Source: a virus. Taken from it: 45,907 nucleotides of DNA. The stretch lies in the IMG/VR virus record IMGVR_UViG_3300005336_000013, positions 1 to 45,907 of that record, one strand, 5' to 3'. Position numbers and translations under genes: made by a program. The notes beneath the pieces were generated by a model, which saw nothing but the letters and a program-made list of their open reading frames with translations, was not told where the DNA came from and searched no databases. How positions within the stretch are numbered: the first letter of the stretch is position 1; each line of letters begins with the position of its first letter. Positions 1-9,183 of this stretch are shown one piece after another.

Positions 1-40
1 CGGCCGTAGGCATCCCTGGCTTCTGCCCGGCATAGGGATT
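1..40. repeat. Terminal direct repeat copy 1 (identical to 45868..45907); circular-assembly overlap
   Basis: First 40 nt (cggccgtaggcatccctggcttctgcccggcatagggatt) recur exactly as the last 40 nt. A minus-strand reading frame crosses the junction without a stop. Confidence 0.9.
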
Positions 41-889
41 GGCGGCAATTTTCGTCTGACTCTTGAAGGAATCCTGCAGCTTCGTTAAGGCATTGTTAAG
101 ACTCTTGCCGACCTCCGTCTTGGGGGTCTGCAACTTGGCGGCCTCGATAGCATCGATCACCGTCTGTCCGCTGATCTTCACGCCCTGCTTCTCGGCCTGC
201 TTCATCAGGGCGACCTTTTCCGCCCGCTCCGGAATGGCCCTGGAGGAGTAGTCGTCCACGGCCTCCTTGACCTTCTCGCCGAGCTCGAATTCCGCCCCGA
301 CTTTCGGCTCCATCATGGTCCGGTTGAACCGGGCGACCCGGCGCGGGTCCCGGAAGTAGCGGCTGAACTGGGGGGCGACGCCGGCGAATCGGGACAGAAC
401 GTCGAAGGCGGTCCTGACGGCTCCGGTCCCGACTGCCTGCGTCAGGCCGACTTTCAGGGACTCCTTCGGCTTTACCTCGTACTCCGGCTGGTTCAGGTGC
501 CGCAGGGACTGGAAGCCCAAGTCTGCGCCACCCGCCACGGCCCCCTCAAGGGCCGCTGCAGGAAGCAGGCTCATAGGGGCGGTGAACGGCGCAGTAGCAA
601 GCGCAGCGCCTCCCACGAGCAGCCCACGGGCCATTTCGGGGCTAACGGGGCCCTCGCTGGGGATATAAATTGGCGGCGAGGTCATCATCGGTGTTCCACG
701 TGGAACACTCCGAAACGGGTCCTGGCCCTGGGAGTAGTTGTCCGGTGCGGCTCCCGCGGTGGCCGGAGCCACGGATCCGTAGCCCTCGAGCGCCGCCAGG
801 TCCTTGAAGGCCTGCTCCTTCGGGATGCCGGCGGCCTGAGCCTTCCTGAGCAGCTCAGCCCGCTTCTCGTCAGGGAGTGGTTGGGGCAA
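1..889 (-). CDS. Virion-module protein, N-terminal part of a gene that wraps the contig junction (continues 45907..45251)
   Basis: The minus frame is open from 904 to position 1 with G/C-rich third positions, and is in frame with ORF 45251..45880 through the 40-nt overlap. Candidate starts are TTG 889 (AGGAG 7 nt upstream), GTG 772 and ATG 688. Joined length is about 501 aa. It is absent from the ORF track because it is truncated by the window edge. Confidence 0.6.
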   Translation of the reverse strand, partial: MPQPLPDEKRAELLRKAQAAGIPKEQAFKDLAALEGYGSVAPATAGAAPDNYSQGQDPFRSVPRGTPMMTSPPIYIPSEGPVSPEMARGLLVGGAALATAPFTAPMSLLPAAALEGAVAGGADLGFQSLRHLNQPEYEVKPKESLKVGLTQAVGTGAVRTAFDVLSRFAGVAPQFSRYFRDPRRVARFNRTMMEPKVGAEFELGEKVKEAVDDYSSRAIPERAEKVALMKQAEKQGVKISGQTVIDAIEAAKLQTPKTEVGKSLNNALTKLQDSFKSQTKIAANPYAGQKPGMPTA

Positions 890-2114
890 CGCCCTGCTCC
901 TGCTTCAGCTTCTCGAGGAACTGCTGATACTCCTGGACCGCCGGATCGGCCGGAGCCGACCCTGCCCCTGGAACGGTGCGGCCAGCAGCCTTGTACTTGG
1001 CCCTGATGTCAGAAATCATCTGGTTGGTGATGTTCCGAAGTTTTGTCCTTGCGCCATCGACGGTGTCGATGCCTGGAATGGGGAACTGCCCCTCGTAACG
1101 ATCCAGCTCCTCTATCGGGAAGGTGGCCCCGGACTGAGCTCGAACGTAAGGGAACAGAACCGACTTCACCTGGGAGAAGTAGTCCACCAGCTCCTGGGGC
1201 GCAACTATCGGGCCGAAGGTCTGCGGGGCCGCTTTGGCCTGAACGTAACGGATTACCTGGTCCAGCTTGTTGCCACGCCCGCCAAGCGCCTTCTCAGTTG
1301 ATACGAAGGCCTCCTCGAGTCCTGGGATGTTCCCGAGGGCTCCCTGCTCGCCGCCGGTGCCCGTAATCAACCCGGCAGGCGGTTGCGGCTCCAGGATGGC
1401 ACCGCCGGGGCCCTTAACTTCGGTGGCCACACCACCGCTGCCCTTGGAAATCTTCACAAATCTGGCCTGTGGATTCCCATTTTTGTCAACGACCATCCCC
1501 GGCAGTATGGCTGGCCCGTATCCAGCCGGACCCAAGTCAAGCTCGTAAACCTGCTCCTGCGTCACTGGATCAAGGAGCGGCTTCGTCTCTCCAGAGATGG
1601 GATCCGTGAGGCGCAGAAAGCGGTGCGATACCCCATCCACATCTCTGACGAACTCGCTCTTGACACCCTTGGCACCGGTGACCTTCATTTTGGCTATCTT
1701 CTCGGCGCCAGCCTGCTGCTGGCCTTCCTGGAAGACGCTGATGCGGGCTTGGTTCCTGAGCATGCGCTCCGCCGCGGCGTTCTCCTCCTGGCGCTTCTGG
1801 TACTCCCTGACCTGCTGCGCCTGCAGTTCTGCTTGCCGCTGCTGGCTGGCTGCGAAGGCGCCCATCGCCGGCGGCGCTCCACCGGCCTTGACCGCAGCCA
1901 TGGCGGCAATGGCATCCCCCAGGGCGCCGGCAAAGTGCCGCGGCGTTCCACCGAATAGGGCGTCTTGCAGGGCGGTAGGAGGAGCAGGTCCAGCCGGTGG
2001 TGCCGCGGGGGCCGGGGCGGTCTCGAGGGAGGCGATCAGGTCCTGAATCATCCGTGCTTGTGGATCCTCTTCGTCCTGGCCCGCCCCTGCTGGGTACTGA
2101 ATTCCGAATGGCAT
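870..2114 (-). CDS. Virion-module protein, possible internal/ejection protein
   Basis: 414-aa ORF packed tightly against its neighbours. Ala/Pro/Gln-rich N-terminal half with a coiled-coil-like QAELQAQQVREYQKRQEE segment. Lies downstream of the fibre genes. No catalytic motif recognised. Confidence 0.5.
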   Translation of the reverse strand: MPFGIQYPAGAGQDEEDPQARMIQDLIASLETAPAPAAPPAGPAPPTALQDALFGGTPRHFAGALGDAIAAMAAVKAGGAPPAMGAFAASQQRQAELQAQQVREYQKRQEENAAAERMLRNQARISVFQEGQQQAGAEKIAKMKVTGAKGVKSEFVRDVDGVSHRFLRLTDPISGETKPLLDPVTQEQVYELDLGPAGYGPAILPGMVVDKNGNPQARFVKISKGSGGVATEVKGPGGAILEPQPPAGLITGTGGEQGALGNIPGLEEAFVSTEKALGGRGNKLDQVIRYVQAKAAPQTFGPIVAPQELVDYFSQVKSVLFPYVRAQSGATFPIEELDRYEGQFPIPGIDTVDGARTKLRNITNQMISDIRAKYKAAGRTVPGAGSAPADPAVQEYQQFLEKLKQEQGVAPTTP

Positions 2115-2729
2115 CTATCCTCCCATTCCGCCGCCGCCGAAGGCCTGCAGCAGGCTTCCGATCATGGCCGTGTTGGCCGCACTGCTTGTCTGGTCCGCCT
2201 GCGATTGCATCGCGTTTGCGGCTTGAATTCCTGGCAGGCTCTGGCCCTGGCCAGACGAGATGAACTGCAGGATCGTGTCCAGGAGCTGGTAGGTCTGCCC
2301 CACGTCCCCGCGGCGCAGCTGGTCGCTCTCCGTCAGGGCCTGATTGCGAGCTCCCTGCTCGGCTCTGGCCTGGTTGGTATTCAGGGCCTTCTGCAGGGCC
2401 CCCTTGATGGAGACCGGCAGATTGCCGCGCGCGGCCGCTCCAGCCTGCTCAGAACGCAGGTTCCCGTAGTTCTGGCCGATGGACCGCATCTCAGCACCGA
2501 GGCGCGGCCGGATGGCATCCTCGATTCCTGAGCCCATGCCCCCTGGGTTCCGAAGCATCTCGCCGATACCCTGAATCCCCTGACCAAGGGTAGGGCCAGC
2601 CCCTCTCAGCTCAGGAGGCAGGTACCGTCCCAGCGTGCTGTAATGCGCTGCTTCGCCTGCCGTCTTCTTTGCTGCGACCTGTCTGCCGAAATCCCCGCTG
2701 GGATCGATGAAATCGAAGGGCGTAGGCAT
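2115..2729 (-). CDS. Gln/Ala/Gly-rich virion-module protein, paralog of 2729..3370
   Basis: 204 aa. Shares YLPPELR, GIG..RNPG, NLP.SIK, TY.LLDTI.QFISSG.GQ..PG and the C-terminal LLQ.FGGGG with the adjacent gene. Its stop abuts the next start at 2114. Confidence 0.6.
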   Translation of the reverse strand: MPTPFDFIDPSGDFGRQVAAKKTAGEAAHYSTLGRYLPPELRGAGPTLGQGIQGIGEMLRNPGGMGSGIEDAIRPRLGAEMRSIGQNYGNLRSEQAGAAARGNLPVSIKGALQKALNTNQARAEQGARNQALTESDQLRRGDVGQTYQLLDTILQFISSGQGQSLPGIQAANAMQSQADQTSSAANTAMIGSLLQAFGGGGMGG

Positions 2730-3370
2730 CAGCGGCCTCCCCCGCCACCGAAGCCCTGCAGTAGGCTCGCCAGGGCAGCCATGTTGGCATTGGAGCTTCT
2801 CTGGTAATTTTCCGAGCGGTTCTGGGCCGCACCTATGAGGCCTGGGATGGCTTGGCCTCTACCGCTGGAGATGAACTGCATGATGGTGTCCAGCAGCTTG
2901 TAGGTGTGCTGGAGGTCCTCTCTCTTGAGCTGATCGGTCGAGCCCAGCCCCTGAGTCCTGGCGCCTCGCTGGGCTCCCTCCTGAGATGTCCCCAGCGCTT
3001 GCTGCAGGAGCGCCTTGATCGATGGCGGAAGGTTCTTGGCGCCGGCGGCTCCAGCCTGCTGGGTGGCTTGGTTACGGAAGTCCTGCGCGATGCCCTGAGA
3101 CTGCATGGCGACTTGCGGCGCCACGGAAGACGACACCTGCGAGGAGAGCTGGCCAGGGTTCCTGATGAGGTTCCCGATCCCCTCCATCCCAGCGCCGATG
3201 AGGGGCCCGGTCTGCTCTCTACGAAGTTCAGGAGGCAGATAGAACTGCAGGTCCTCAAATGGCCGTCTCGCTTCGTACTTGAGGCGATCGGCTTCAGCTC
3301 CGGCCTTCTGCTTGGCCTTGGACCCCTTGTAGTAGTTGTACCCGGCGGTGGCTATCCCTGCTACGCCCAT
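2729..3370 (-). CDS. Gln/Ala/Gly-rich virion-module protein, paralog of 2115..2729
   Basis: 213 aa with the same conserved blocks as 2115..2729. One-nt TGATG stop/start overlap at 2729. Confidence 0.6.
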   Translation of the reverse strand: MGVAGIATAGYNYYKGSKAKQKAGAEADRLKYEARRPFEDLQFYLPPELRREQTGPLIGAGMEGIGNLIRNPGQLSSQVSSSVAPQVAMQSQGIAQDFRNQATQQAGAAGAKNLPPSIKALLQQALGTSQEGAQRGARTQGLGSTDQLKREDLQHTYKLLDTIMQFISSGRGQAIPGLIGAAQNRSENYQRSSNANMAALASLLQGFGGGGGR

Positions 3371-3759
3371 ATCAGATCTCCCGGCAGAGCATCGAACAGG
3401 GCCACGTCACGTGGCGCCCCGTGCGCGTCCTTGCGCTGCCTCACAATGCCGATGAGGTTGAATCCGATCCTCGCGGCGAAGTTGAGCCCGAGGTGGTTCT
3501 CGCAGTCCACTTCTCCGACGAGCCGATCCAAGTCGTTACGGATCATCAGGTCGTAGGCAGCCTTGCTGCTGAGCGCCGGCCTTCCCATTCCCCTCTTGTC
3601 CCAGATGTAGACGTGAATCGTGCCGACGCTCTCTTCGCCATGGATGATGCTGGACAGGTAGAACATTCCCCACCCATCGCCGATGGGCATGGCGGCCTCC
3701 CAGTCTTGGCACATCTCTGGGCGTTCGGCGATTCTCGAGGCGACGCGATCAGGTGTCAT
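3361..3759 (-). CDS. GNAT-like acetyltransferase-fold protein (putative)
   Basis: 132 aa. C-terminal ENHLGLNFAARIGFNLIGIVRQRKDAHGAPRDVALFDAL resembles the GNAT N..a..fy.k.GF..G motif region. Embedded in the structural module. Confidence 0.4.
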   Translation of the reverse strand: MTPDRVASRIAERPEMCQDWEAAMPIGDGWGMFYLSSIIHGEESVGTIHVYIWDKRGMGRPALSSKAAYDLMIRNDLDRLVGEVDCENHLGLNFAARIGFNLIGIVRQRKDAHGAPRDVALFDALPGDLIWA

Positions 3760-3941
3760 GCTGGCTGATTCTCTTCCGGGGTCGGCACGGCTCTCGGACC
3801 GGCCGGCTCCTTCAGGGCTTCATTCTCTTGGCGCAGTCTATCACCCTCCTCGGCCAGCGCCTCCACCTGAATATGGAGGGCTTCGTTCTCAGCCAGGAGC
3901 TTCAGTACCGCTCGAGCGATAAGATCGGCGTTGAGGTTCAT
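3756..3941 (-). CDS. Small coiled-coil protein
   Basis: ATG at 3941 forms an ATGA overlap with the stop of 3938..4159. Heptad-like LLAENEALHIQVEALAEEGDRLRQENEALK. The longer track ORF (to 4001) overlaps the upstream gene and is unlikely. Confidence 0.5.
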   Translation of the reverse strand: MNLNADLIARAVLKLLAENEALHIQVEALAEEGDRLRQENEALKEPAGPRAVPTPEENQPA

Positions 3942-4159
3942 AGATTGCTGATCGTCACGGTCTGGGTAGCGCCGTAGACGATGGTCCCGTCGGCGATCCA
4001 ACCCATCAGTTTCACAAAATTACGCATCCCGTCTCCCACAAGAAAGCCACGCACCAACTCGAAATCAGCGCTGGTGAAATTGGACTTGCTCTGGGAGCCG
4101 GTCAGGGCCGGGACGCCGTTGTTGAGAAGCTGAATCTGCATGCTAATCGAATAGGCCAT
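3938..4159 (-). CDS. Hypothetical structural-module protein
   Basis: 73-aa ORF translationally coupled (ATGA) to the next gene. Follows the fibre genes. Confidence 0.5.
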   Translation of the reverse strand: MAYSISMQIQLLNNGVPALTGSQSKSNFTSADFELVRGFLVGDGMRNFVKLMGWIADGTIVYGATQTVTISNL

Positions 4160-4183
4160 TGGACCCTCTTCCTGGTCTTACGT

Positions 4184-4738
4184 TTATCGAAGTTCCAGCA
4201 CAACCGTTCCCACGTTTATGAGGTCTGCCGCAGCATTTGCGGCTCCCTCCAACTCAAACACTGCATCCCCCGCATAGGTAGCGGAGTTGAGGGCCTGCCA
4301 CGCGGAGACTCGCGTGATCCAGGCACCCGTAGCGGGGAAAGAGTTGATCGGAGTTATGTTCTGTGTGTTGGTTACATCGACCACCTTAATCGTGATAGCT
4401 GCAGATGAGAGAGCACTGTTGCTGCAGCGGCTCATGAGGCGCGCCTCTCGAAAGCGGGTGAAGTCGAGGTTGTGCAGGTTCATCTGATTCGCGCCGCCGA
4501 AGGGCTGATAGGTCCCCAGGCCTCCTGGATCCACAGTCCAGTTGTATGCAACCTGGTGCACCGTGATGATCTGATAGCTGAAATTGGCCCGCCATGGTTG
4601 CCATGTTCCGCCATCGTCGATCTCTGGGAGATAGAGCTTGCTGCCCGCAGTGGTGTGTATGTAGAGCCGGTTCGCGCTTCCTGCCGCCGGCTGACTTCCG
4701 GTGGTATCGACGCCCACTGCTCTCGATACGATAGACAT
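4184..4738 (-). CDS. Fibre-associated beta-rich protein, function unknown
   Basis: 184-aa ORF immediately downstream of the 632-aa fibre gene. Its composition suggests a beta-rich protein. No motif recognised. Confidence 0.5.
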   Translation of the reverse strand: MSIVSRAVGVDTTGSQPAAGSANRLYIHTTAGSKLYLPEIDDGGTWQPWRANFSYQIITVHQVAYNWTVDPGGLGTYQPFGGANQMNLHNLDFTRFREARLMSRCSNSALSSAAITIKVVDVTNTQNITPINSFPATGAWITRVSAWQALNSATYAGDAVFELEGAANAAADLINVGTVVLELR

Positions 4739-4748
4739 GCGTCATCTC

Positions 4749-6647
4749 TTAAGTCGCGGGTGCTGCGGTTCCGGTGTCAACTACATTTAGGATGACATTC
4801 CCGGTTCCGGCGGCGGTTCGCGCGAAGGAAGCGAAGCCGTCGCTGTCGACAGTCATGGTCATGCCCGAGTTGCCAGTAGCATCGACAAAGGTGCGCCAGA
4901 ACCTGGGAGTGCCCTGCGTGTCCTTGCTCATGAGTCCTCTGCTCGCCGTGTTGCAGAGATAGTCACTCAGCGGGCTCTCGAATGTATTGTCTCCGATGAA
5001 GCTGCGCCGAGTTATGCCGACCGCATGCAACACAGACTGAAAGCCGTAGGCAATGGCAGGTGTTCCCGTGGTGATGGCGGCGGCATGGTAGCTCACGCGA
5101 GTGCTACCGGCAGTGAGCGCGTTGGCCTTGAATCCATAGTGGTTCAAGAGGGTCCCGGAGATGGCAAGCGTTACGGAGCCCTTCGCCTCGAAGCTGATCT
5201 TGTCCGCCACCGCCGAACGCAGGAAAGTGTTCGTAGTAGAGGACTGAAAATCCACTACTGAAGTGACCGTGGTTCCAACGGTGGAAGAATTGACGGTCAT
5301 GGTGGAAGTGCGGAAGCCAACTACCGATCCCTGAAACCTGGAATTGCCGCTGGCGCCGCCGGTCACGGCAATGCGGATCCCCTCGACATTGCGGAAGCTG
5401 GGAGCCGCGGCGGTGGAGAGAGTCCCGGATAGGTTCATGTTTATTCCGGTTATCAGCCCTCCGGCGGCATCCCCAATGTTCGTATTGACCAAGAGCACGC
5501 TCATCGCGGAAGGGCTGACGGCGGCTTCGTCGTAATTGCTCTTGGAGAACGACAGCAGGAGCTGATCGGTCAGGGCCGTACCGGCCATGGAGATATTGCC
5601 GTACTTGCCGACGCGCAATGCGTTGGTGGCGTTGGGCGCCATCAGCGCGATGGCGTTCGCTGCGAAGGTGGTTGAGGCCGTCAGCAGGGCCCCCTCGGTC
5701 CCATCGTCAGTCAGGCGCAGCGTGCGGTTTCGATTCGTCTCAGCGGACAGCGCTTGCGCGTTCCATGTTGCCGTACTCCCCGAGATCGTGACGCTGACGC
5801 CGAAGGTGCTGGAGAACCCCAGGATTCCGCCAGTGACTCCGGAGATGCCGGAGAGCATATTCGTCCAGCTGGTGCCGTCCCAGATCGATTCGATATGGGT
5901 GGTCCGATCGAAGAAGTGAAGGCCCGGCTTCGATGGAGAAGATGGCCGCGCCGTGACGGTGGTCGCGCTCAGGGTGGGCAAGAAGTCATCCGCTGCTGGA
6001 GCCGCAGCGAGTGTCGTCATGAACTCAAACCACGGATTCAGAACCGTGGGATTGGTATCCGGCGTGCCGTCTGCTCCGTCCGGCCAGTCAGCATTGGCAT
6101 TGTTGTAGCCCACCGTGACGTTGCAGTCGCTGGCGATTGCTGCCCAGCCGAGGCCAACCTCGAGGTAAAGAACGTCCCCAGCGACCGTGATGTACCCGTC
6201 ATCCACAATGGGCGTTGCGAGCAAGGCCTGGACGTGCCCGGGGGTGAAGCCATAAAAGTTAGTCGCCGTGAAGGCCTGGACCACAGTCGCCTTGTGCGTC
6301 CCGCCATTGCGGATATGGGCCGCGATTGACCGGCTGACATTGTTGGTGTTGTTCTGCCGGAACCCGGCCAGCTCGGCCCGCACAGTGCCAGTGATCAGAA
6401 GGCCGACCGGCAAGGTGTATTCGTACATGACGTGCATGGTGTAGCGATTCGGAGGCGTGGCAAGGGCCGGCTGCCCAGATGGAGTGGAATAGGATGTCGT
6501 GGTAGGCGTAGTCCCCGAGGGAATCAGTTTGAGCGTCCTACCCGGGACGCCCTGCGGGACCCTCAGATCGGTCGTCCAGGTGGAATCAATCGCCGTCACC
6601 CCGGACGATTGCACGACAGTGTTTTCCATGTAGAAACGTGAGGCCAT
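4749..6647 (-). CDS. Tail fibre / tailspike-like protein
   Basis: 632 aa, very Thr/Ser/Gly/Ala/Asn-rich with repetitive beta-strand-like segments. Lies in the tail gene cluster. Shares internal and C-terminal blocks with 6647..7270. Confidence 0.6.
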   Translation of the reverse strand: MASRFYMENTVVQSSGVTAIDSTWTTDLRVPQGVPGRTLKLIPSGTTPTTTSYSTPSGQPALATPPNRYTMHVMYEYTLPVGLLITGTVRAELAGFRQNNTNNVSRSIAAHIRNGGTHKATVVQAFTATNFYGFTPGHVQALLATPIVDDGYITVAGDVLYLEVGLGWAAIASDCNVTVGYNNANADWPDGADGTPDTNPTVLNPWFEFMTTLAAAPAADDFLPTLSATTVTARPSSPSKPGLHFFDRTTHIESIWDGTSWTNMLSGISGVTGGILGFSSTFGVSVTISGSTATWNAQALSAETNRNRTLRLTDDGTEGALLTASTTFAANAIALMAPNATNALRVGKYGNISMAGTALTDQLLLSFSKSNYDEAAVSPSAMSVLLVNTNIGDAAGGLITGINMNLSGTLSTAAAPSFRNVEGIRIAVTGGASGNSRFQGSVVGFRTSTMTVNSSTVGTTVTSVVDFQSSTTNTFLRSAVADKISFEAKGSVTLAISGTLLNHYGFKANALTAGSTRVSYHAAAITTGTPAIAYGFQSVLHAVGITRRSFIGDNTFESPLSDYLCNTASRGLMSKDTQGTPRFWRTFVDATGNSGMTMTVDSDGFASFARTAAGTGNVILNVVDTGTAAPAT

Positions 6648-7270
6648 TAGGGCGCCGCCGATCCGGTGTCATGGAAATAGGGGATCCCGTCCGTAGACAT
6701 CGCCATACGCCAATAGTGGGGCGTTCCGTCGACCATGACGAAGCCGAAGCCATTGGTCAGAGCCGCGAAATCGCTGGTGCTCCGCCTGACTGCGGTAGAG
6801 TCGACCTTCAGGACCGTACCCGCGGAAGGCTGCAAGGAAATGGCCGCCACGGTGAAACCGGCGGACTGGGTGAGCAACGCCCCATTGGTCATGTCATTCG
6901 TCAGCGTCAACGTGTTGGTCGTGCCCAATGCCATGAGCGCCTGCGGGAACTTGATCGTGGAGTTGATGGCCACTACCGTATTCGTCGTTCCGATTGCATT
7001 GGTCGTGGAGAATGTTAGAGATGGGACCCCGATCGCCGAGGAGGATCCGTTGATGATGTTCGTGATCGACGGAACCAGGCGGGTGACGGAGACCTGCGGG
7101 GTCGCATTGAGAACAATGCTGGCATCGCTGCGCTTGGTGTTCTGTATCGGGCTGGTAAGCGAGGCCTCAAGGCCCGCCAGATCCCGCAGCGTGAGGTTCA
7201 GATGCTCGATATGAGAACGCAGGCGTGGCTCGAAGAGATGAAGAGGGAGAGGTGAAAACTGAATGGCCAT
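6647..7270 (-). CDS. Short tail-fibre paralog
   Basis: 207 aa. LTLTNDMTNGALLTQSAGFTVAAISL matches LRLTDDGTEGALLTASTTFAANAIAL, and the C-terminal PHYWRM...DTGSAAP matches PRFWRT...DTGTAAPAT of the 632-aa protein. Confidence 0.55.
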   Translation of the reverse strand: MAIQFSPLPLHLFEPRLRSHIEHLNLTLRDLAGLEASLTSPIQNTKRSDASIVLNATPQVSVTRLVPSITNIINGSSSAIGVPSLTFSTTNAIGTTNTVVAINSTIKFPQALMALGTTNTLTLTNDMTNGALLTQSAGFTVAAISLQPSAGTVLKVDSTAVRRSTSDFAALTNGFGFVMVDGTPHYWRMAMSTDGIPYFHDTGSAAP

Positions 7271-9183
7271 CAGGCACCCTCTCTCCCGCCAATCGACTCA
7301 ACTCCTGCGATGTCCACGTCCACCCAATGGACCCCGTAGGAACGAGTCCCAACGCTCTGGATCTTCAGTGAGAAGCTGTTCACCTGACGCCCCAGCACGA
7401 CTTCGCTGACATTGCGTTCCTCGGTATTGCTCATGAGCTTGAACTCAGCGTTGGAATCGCGCCGATTGAAGTAGAAGCGGTGCTCGATCCTGGGCGGCCC
7501 GGCATCATGCATCCAGGCCACGTTCCCAAGGTCTGCGACCTGGTGCGCACCGGCAGGCAGGAACTCCTTGCTCTGCATCATGAAGCTCACGGAGCCCACC
7601 GAATCCACGAGATGGGAGTCGTCCACGTCCTGAACGCTCTCCTGATAGACCTGGCCGTTTCCCTGGCGAGAATCGATGGAGACGAGCGTGCGCTTGCCGT
7701 CCGGGCCAGCAACGGTCTGGGCGTCGGCCAATGGACCATGGTCGCCAAAGCTGACGCGCACGCCACGATTGGTGAACTCCTGATAGTCCAGATACCAGAT
7801 CCCCGTGTTGTAGAGTGTGTCGGTGGCGCGCCGGTACAGGAATACCAAGCGCCGGTTCCGCGGATCATCCGTCAGCCGACAGGTCCTCAGGTCCATGGTA
7901 CTGACCCGTCCTTCCCAGTCGATCTTGTCGGTGACGGGAACGGGCGAGGAAGATAGATCGGTGAGCCAGATACCATCCCGTGCCACAAAGGCCGCAAGTC
8001 CATCCGATCCGGTGGGCGTGAACACGGTCGCCCCCCGTCGGCTGACGCACCCTCGGACGTCCGTGACGATGCGCGACATCTCGCCAGCCGCGAAGATGGA
8101 ATCTGAGTCACGCGGCAGCCGGTAGACCGCATGGACCGAGTCGACGCAGAACACCCCGATCCTGCCTGGCATGACGACTCCGGTGACGATTTCGTCCCGC
8201 CGGTGGGTGTCCAAGGGCAACCCATAGGGCCCGGGCCAGGAGTCCGGATACCCGGCCGCGCTGAAACGCAGGTTACGCGGCTCCAGTGGCGAGACCCCCA
8301 GCAGGGAATCGTCGAATGGCCCAAAGATAATCGACAGGACTGGCGGGGCGGTATCTCGTTCGAAGTCCAGCCCACCGAGCGTCACGAGTCCATAGAGTGG
8401 CGTCGTGAGGGTGCTGGTGGGCGCCATCGGGAGAAAGACAGCGGCAGGCAGTTGGGTTATGTCCAGGCCGCCGTCGTTGAAGAAGGTGGTTCCGATGGGC
8501 GTCTCGCCAATCAGGCCACCGTCCGGGAATCCTCCGCCGTCGATGCTCCTGTACCAGCGCAGCGTGTCGGCTGTCGGGTTGACAGTCACCCCAGAGACCA
8601 CCGCCTGGGCCCACATCCGGTCCGTGAACGGCGCCGTGATACAGCTCGAGCCGGTGACGCTCTCGAGACCCCTCACTGAGTCGTATTCCGTCACCCAGTA
8701 GACGAGGCCCGTAGTTGCGCTCATGGAGCCACCAAGCACGGAGACGTTCGCTGTAATCCCAAGCGTGGAGGCGCTCAGCCCAATCGGATAGGAAGTCACT
8801 CCCGAGGTACTGGCCTCGATGCGCCGATTGGCGGTACTGGTAGCCAGATAGTGCCGATTGGCGTAGTGGGTGCCAACCATGGCGGACGAGCCGACCGCGA
8901 AGGTGTCGGCTTGGGCGAAGGTCAGAGCAGTCGATGTGGGAGCTGCATACAGGACATCGCCCGCCTGCGCGAGCACGAAGCCCGGGCTGTCATCGAACCC
9001 GGCCTCGTAAAGGCCGACCCCGTCGACCGCTCCGATATCTCCGTAAAGACCACGACCACGAGCGCAGTACAGGCCGGCTTGCCCTACCCGGTACTCCGAG
9101 CCTTCACAGTCCTGTACGGAGCCGTCCGAGATGAGGGTGGGCTCGGTTTCGTCGACGCCGTCATTGGGACTGAATGGTGGCAT
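7270..9183 (-). CDS. Large tail protein (nozzle / tail-tubular-B-like by position and size)
   Basis: 637-aa ORF between the fibre genes and the adaptor-sized gene. The call rests on position and size only; no motif recognised. Confidence 0.4.
   Translation of the reverse strand: MPPFSPNDGVDETEPTLISDGSVQDCEGSEYRVGQAGLYCARGRGLYGDIGAVDGVGLYEAGFDDSPGFVLAQAGDVLYAAPTSTALTFAQADTFAVGSSAMVGTHYANRHYLATSTANRRIEASTSGVTSYPIGLSASTLGITANVSVLGGSMSATTGLVYWVTEYDSVRGLESVTGSSCITAPFTDRMWAQAVVSGVTVNPTADTLRWYRSIDGGGFPDGGLIGETPIGTTFFNDGGLDITQLPAAVFLPMAPTSTLTTPLYGLVTLGGLDFERDTAPPVLSIIFGPFDDSLLGVSPLEPRNLRFSAAGYPDSWPGPYGLPLDTHRRDEIVTGVVMPGRIGVFCVDSVHAVYRLPRDSDSIFAAGEMSRIVTDVRGCVSRRGATVFTPTGSDGLAAFVARDGIWLTDLSSSPVPVTDKIDWEGRVSTMDLRTCRLTDDPRNRRLVFLYRRATDTLYNTGIWYLDYQEFTNRGVRVSFGDHGPLADAQTVAGPDGKRTLVSIDSRQGNGQVYQESVQDVDDSHLVDSVGSVSFMMQSKEFLPAGAHQVADLGNVAWMHDAGPPRIEHRFYFNRRDSNAEFKLMSNTEERNVSEVVLGRQVNSFSLKIQSVGTRSYGVHWVDVDIAGVESIGGREGA

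Noticed and set aside
1-40. Terminal repeat as a biological direct terminal repeat, or as att/cos ends
   Set aside because: It is only 40 nt and lies inside a gene that continues in frame across the junction. An assembly overlap of a circular or circularly permuted molecule is the simpler explanation. True termini cannot be inferred from the sequence alone.
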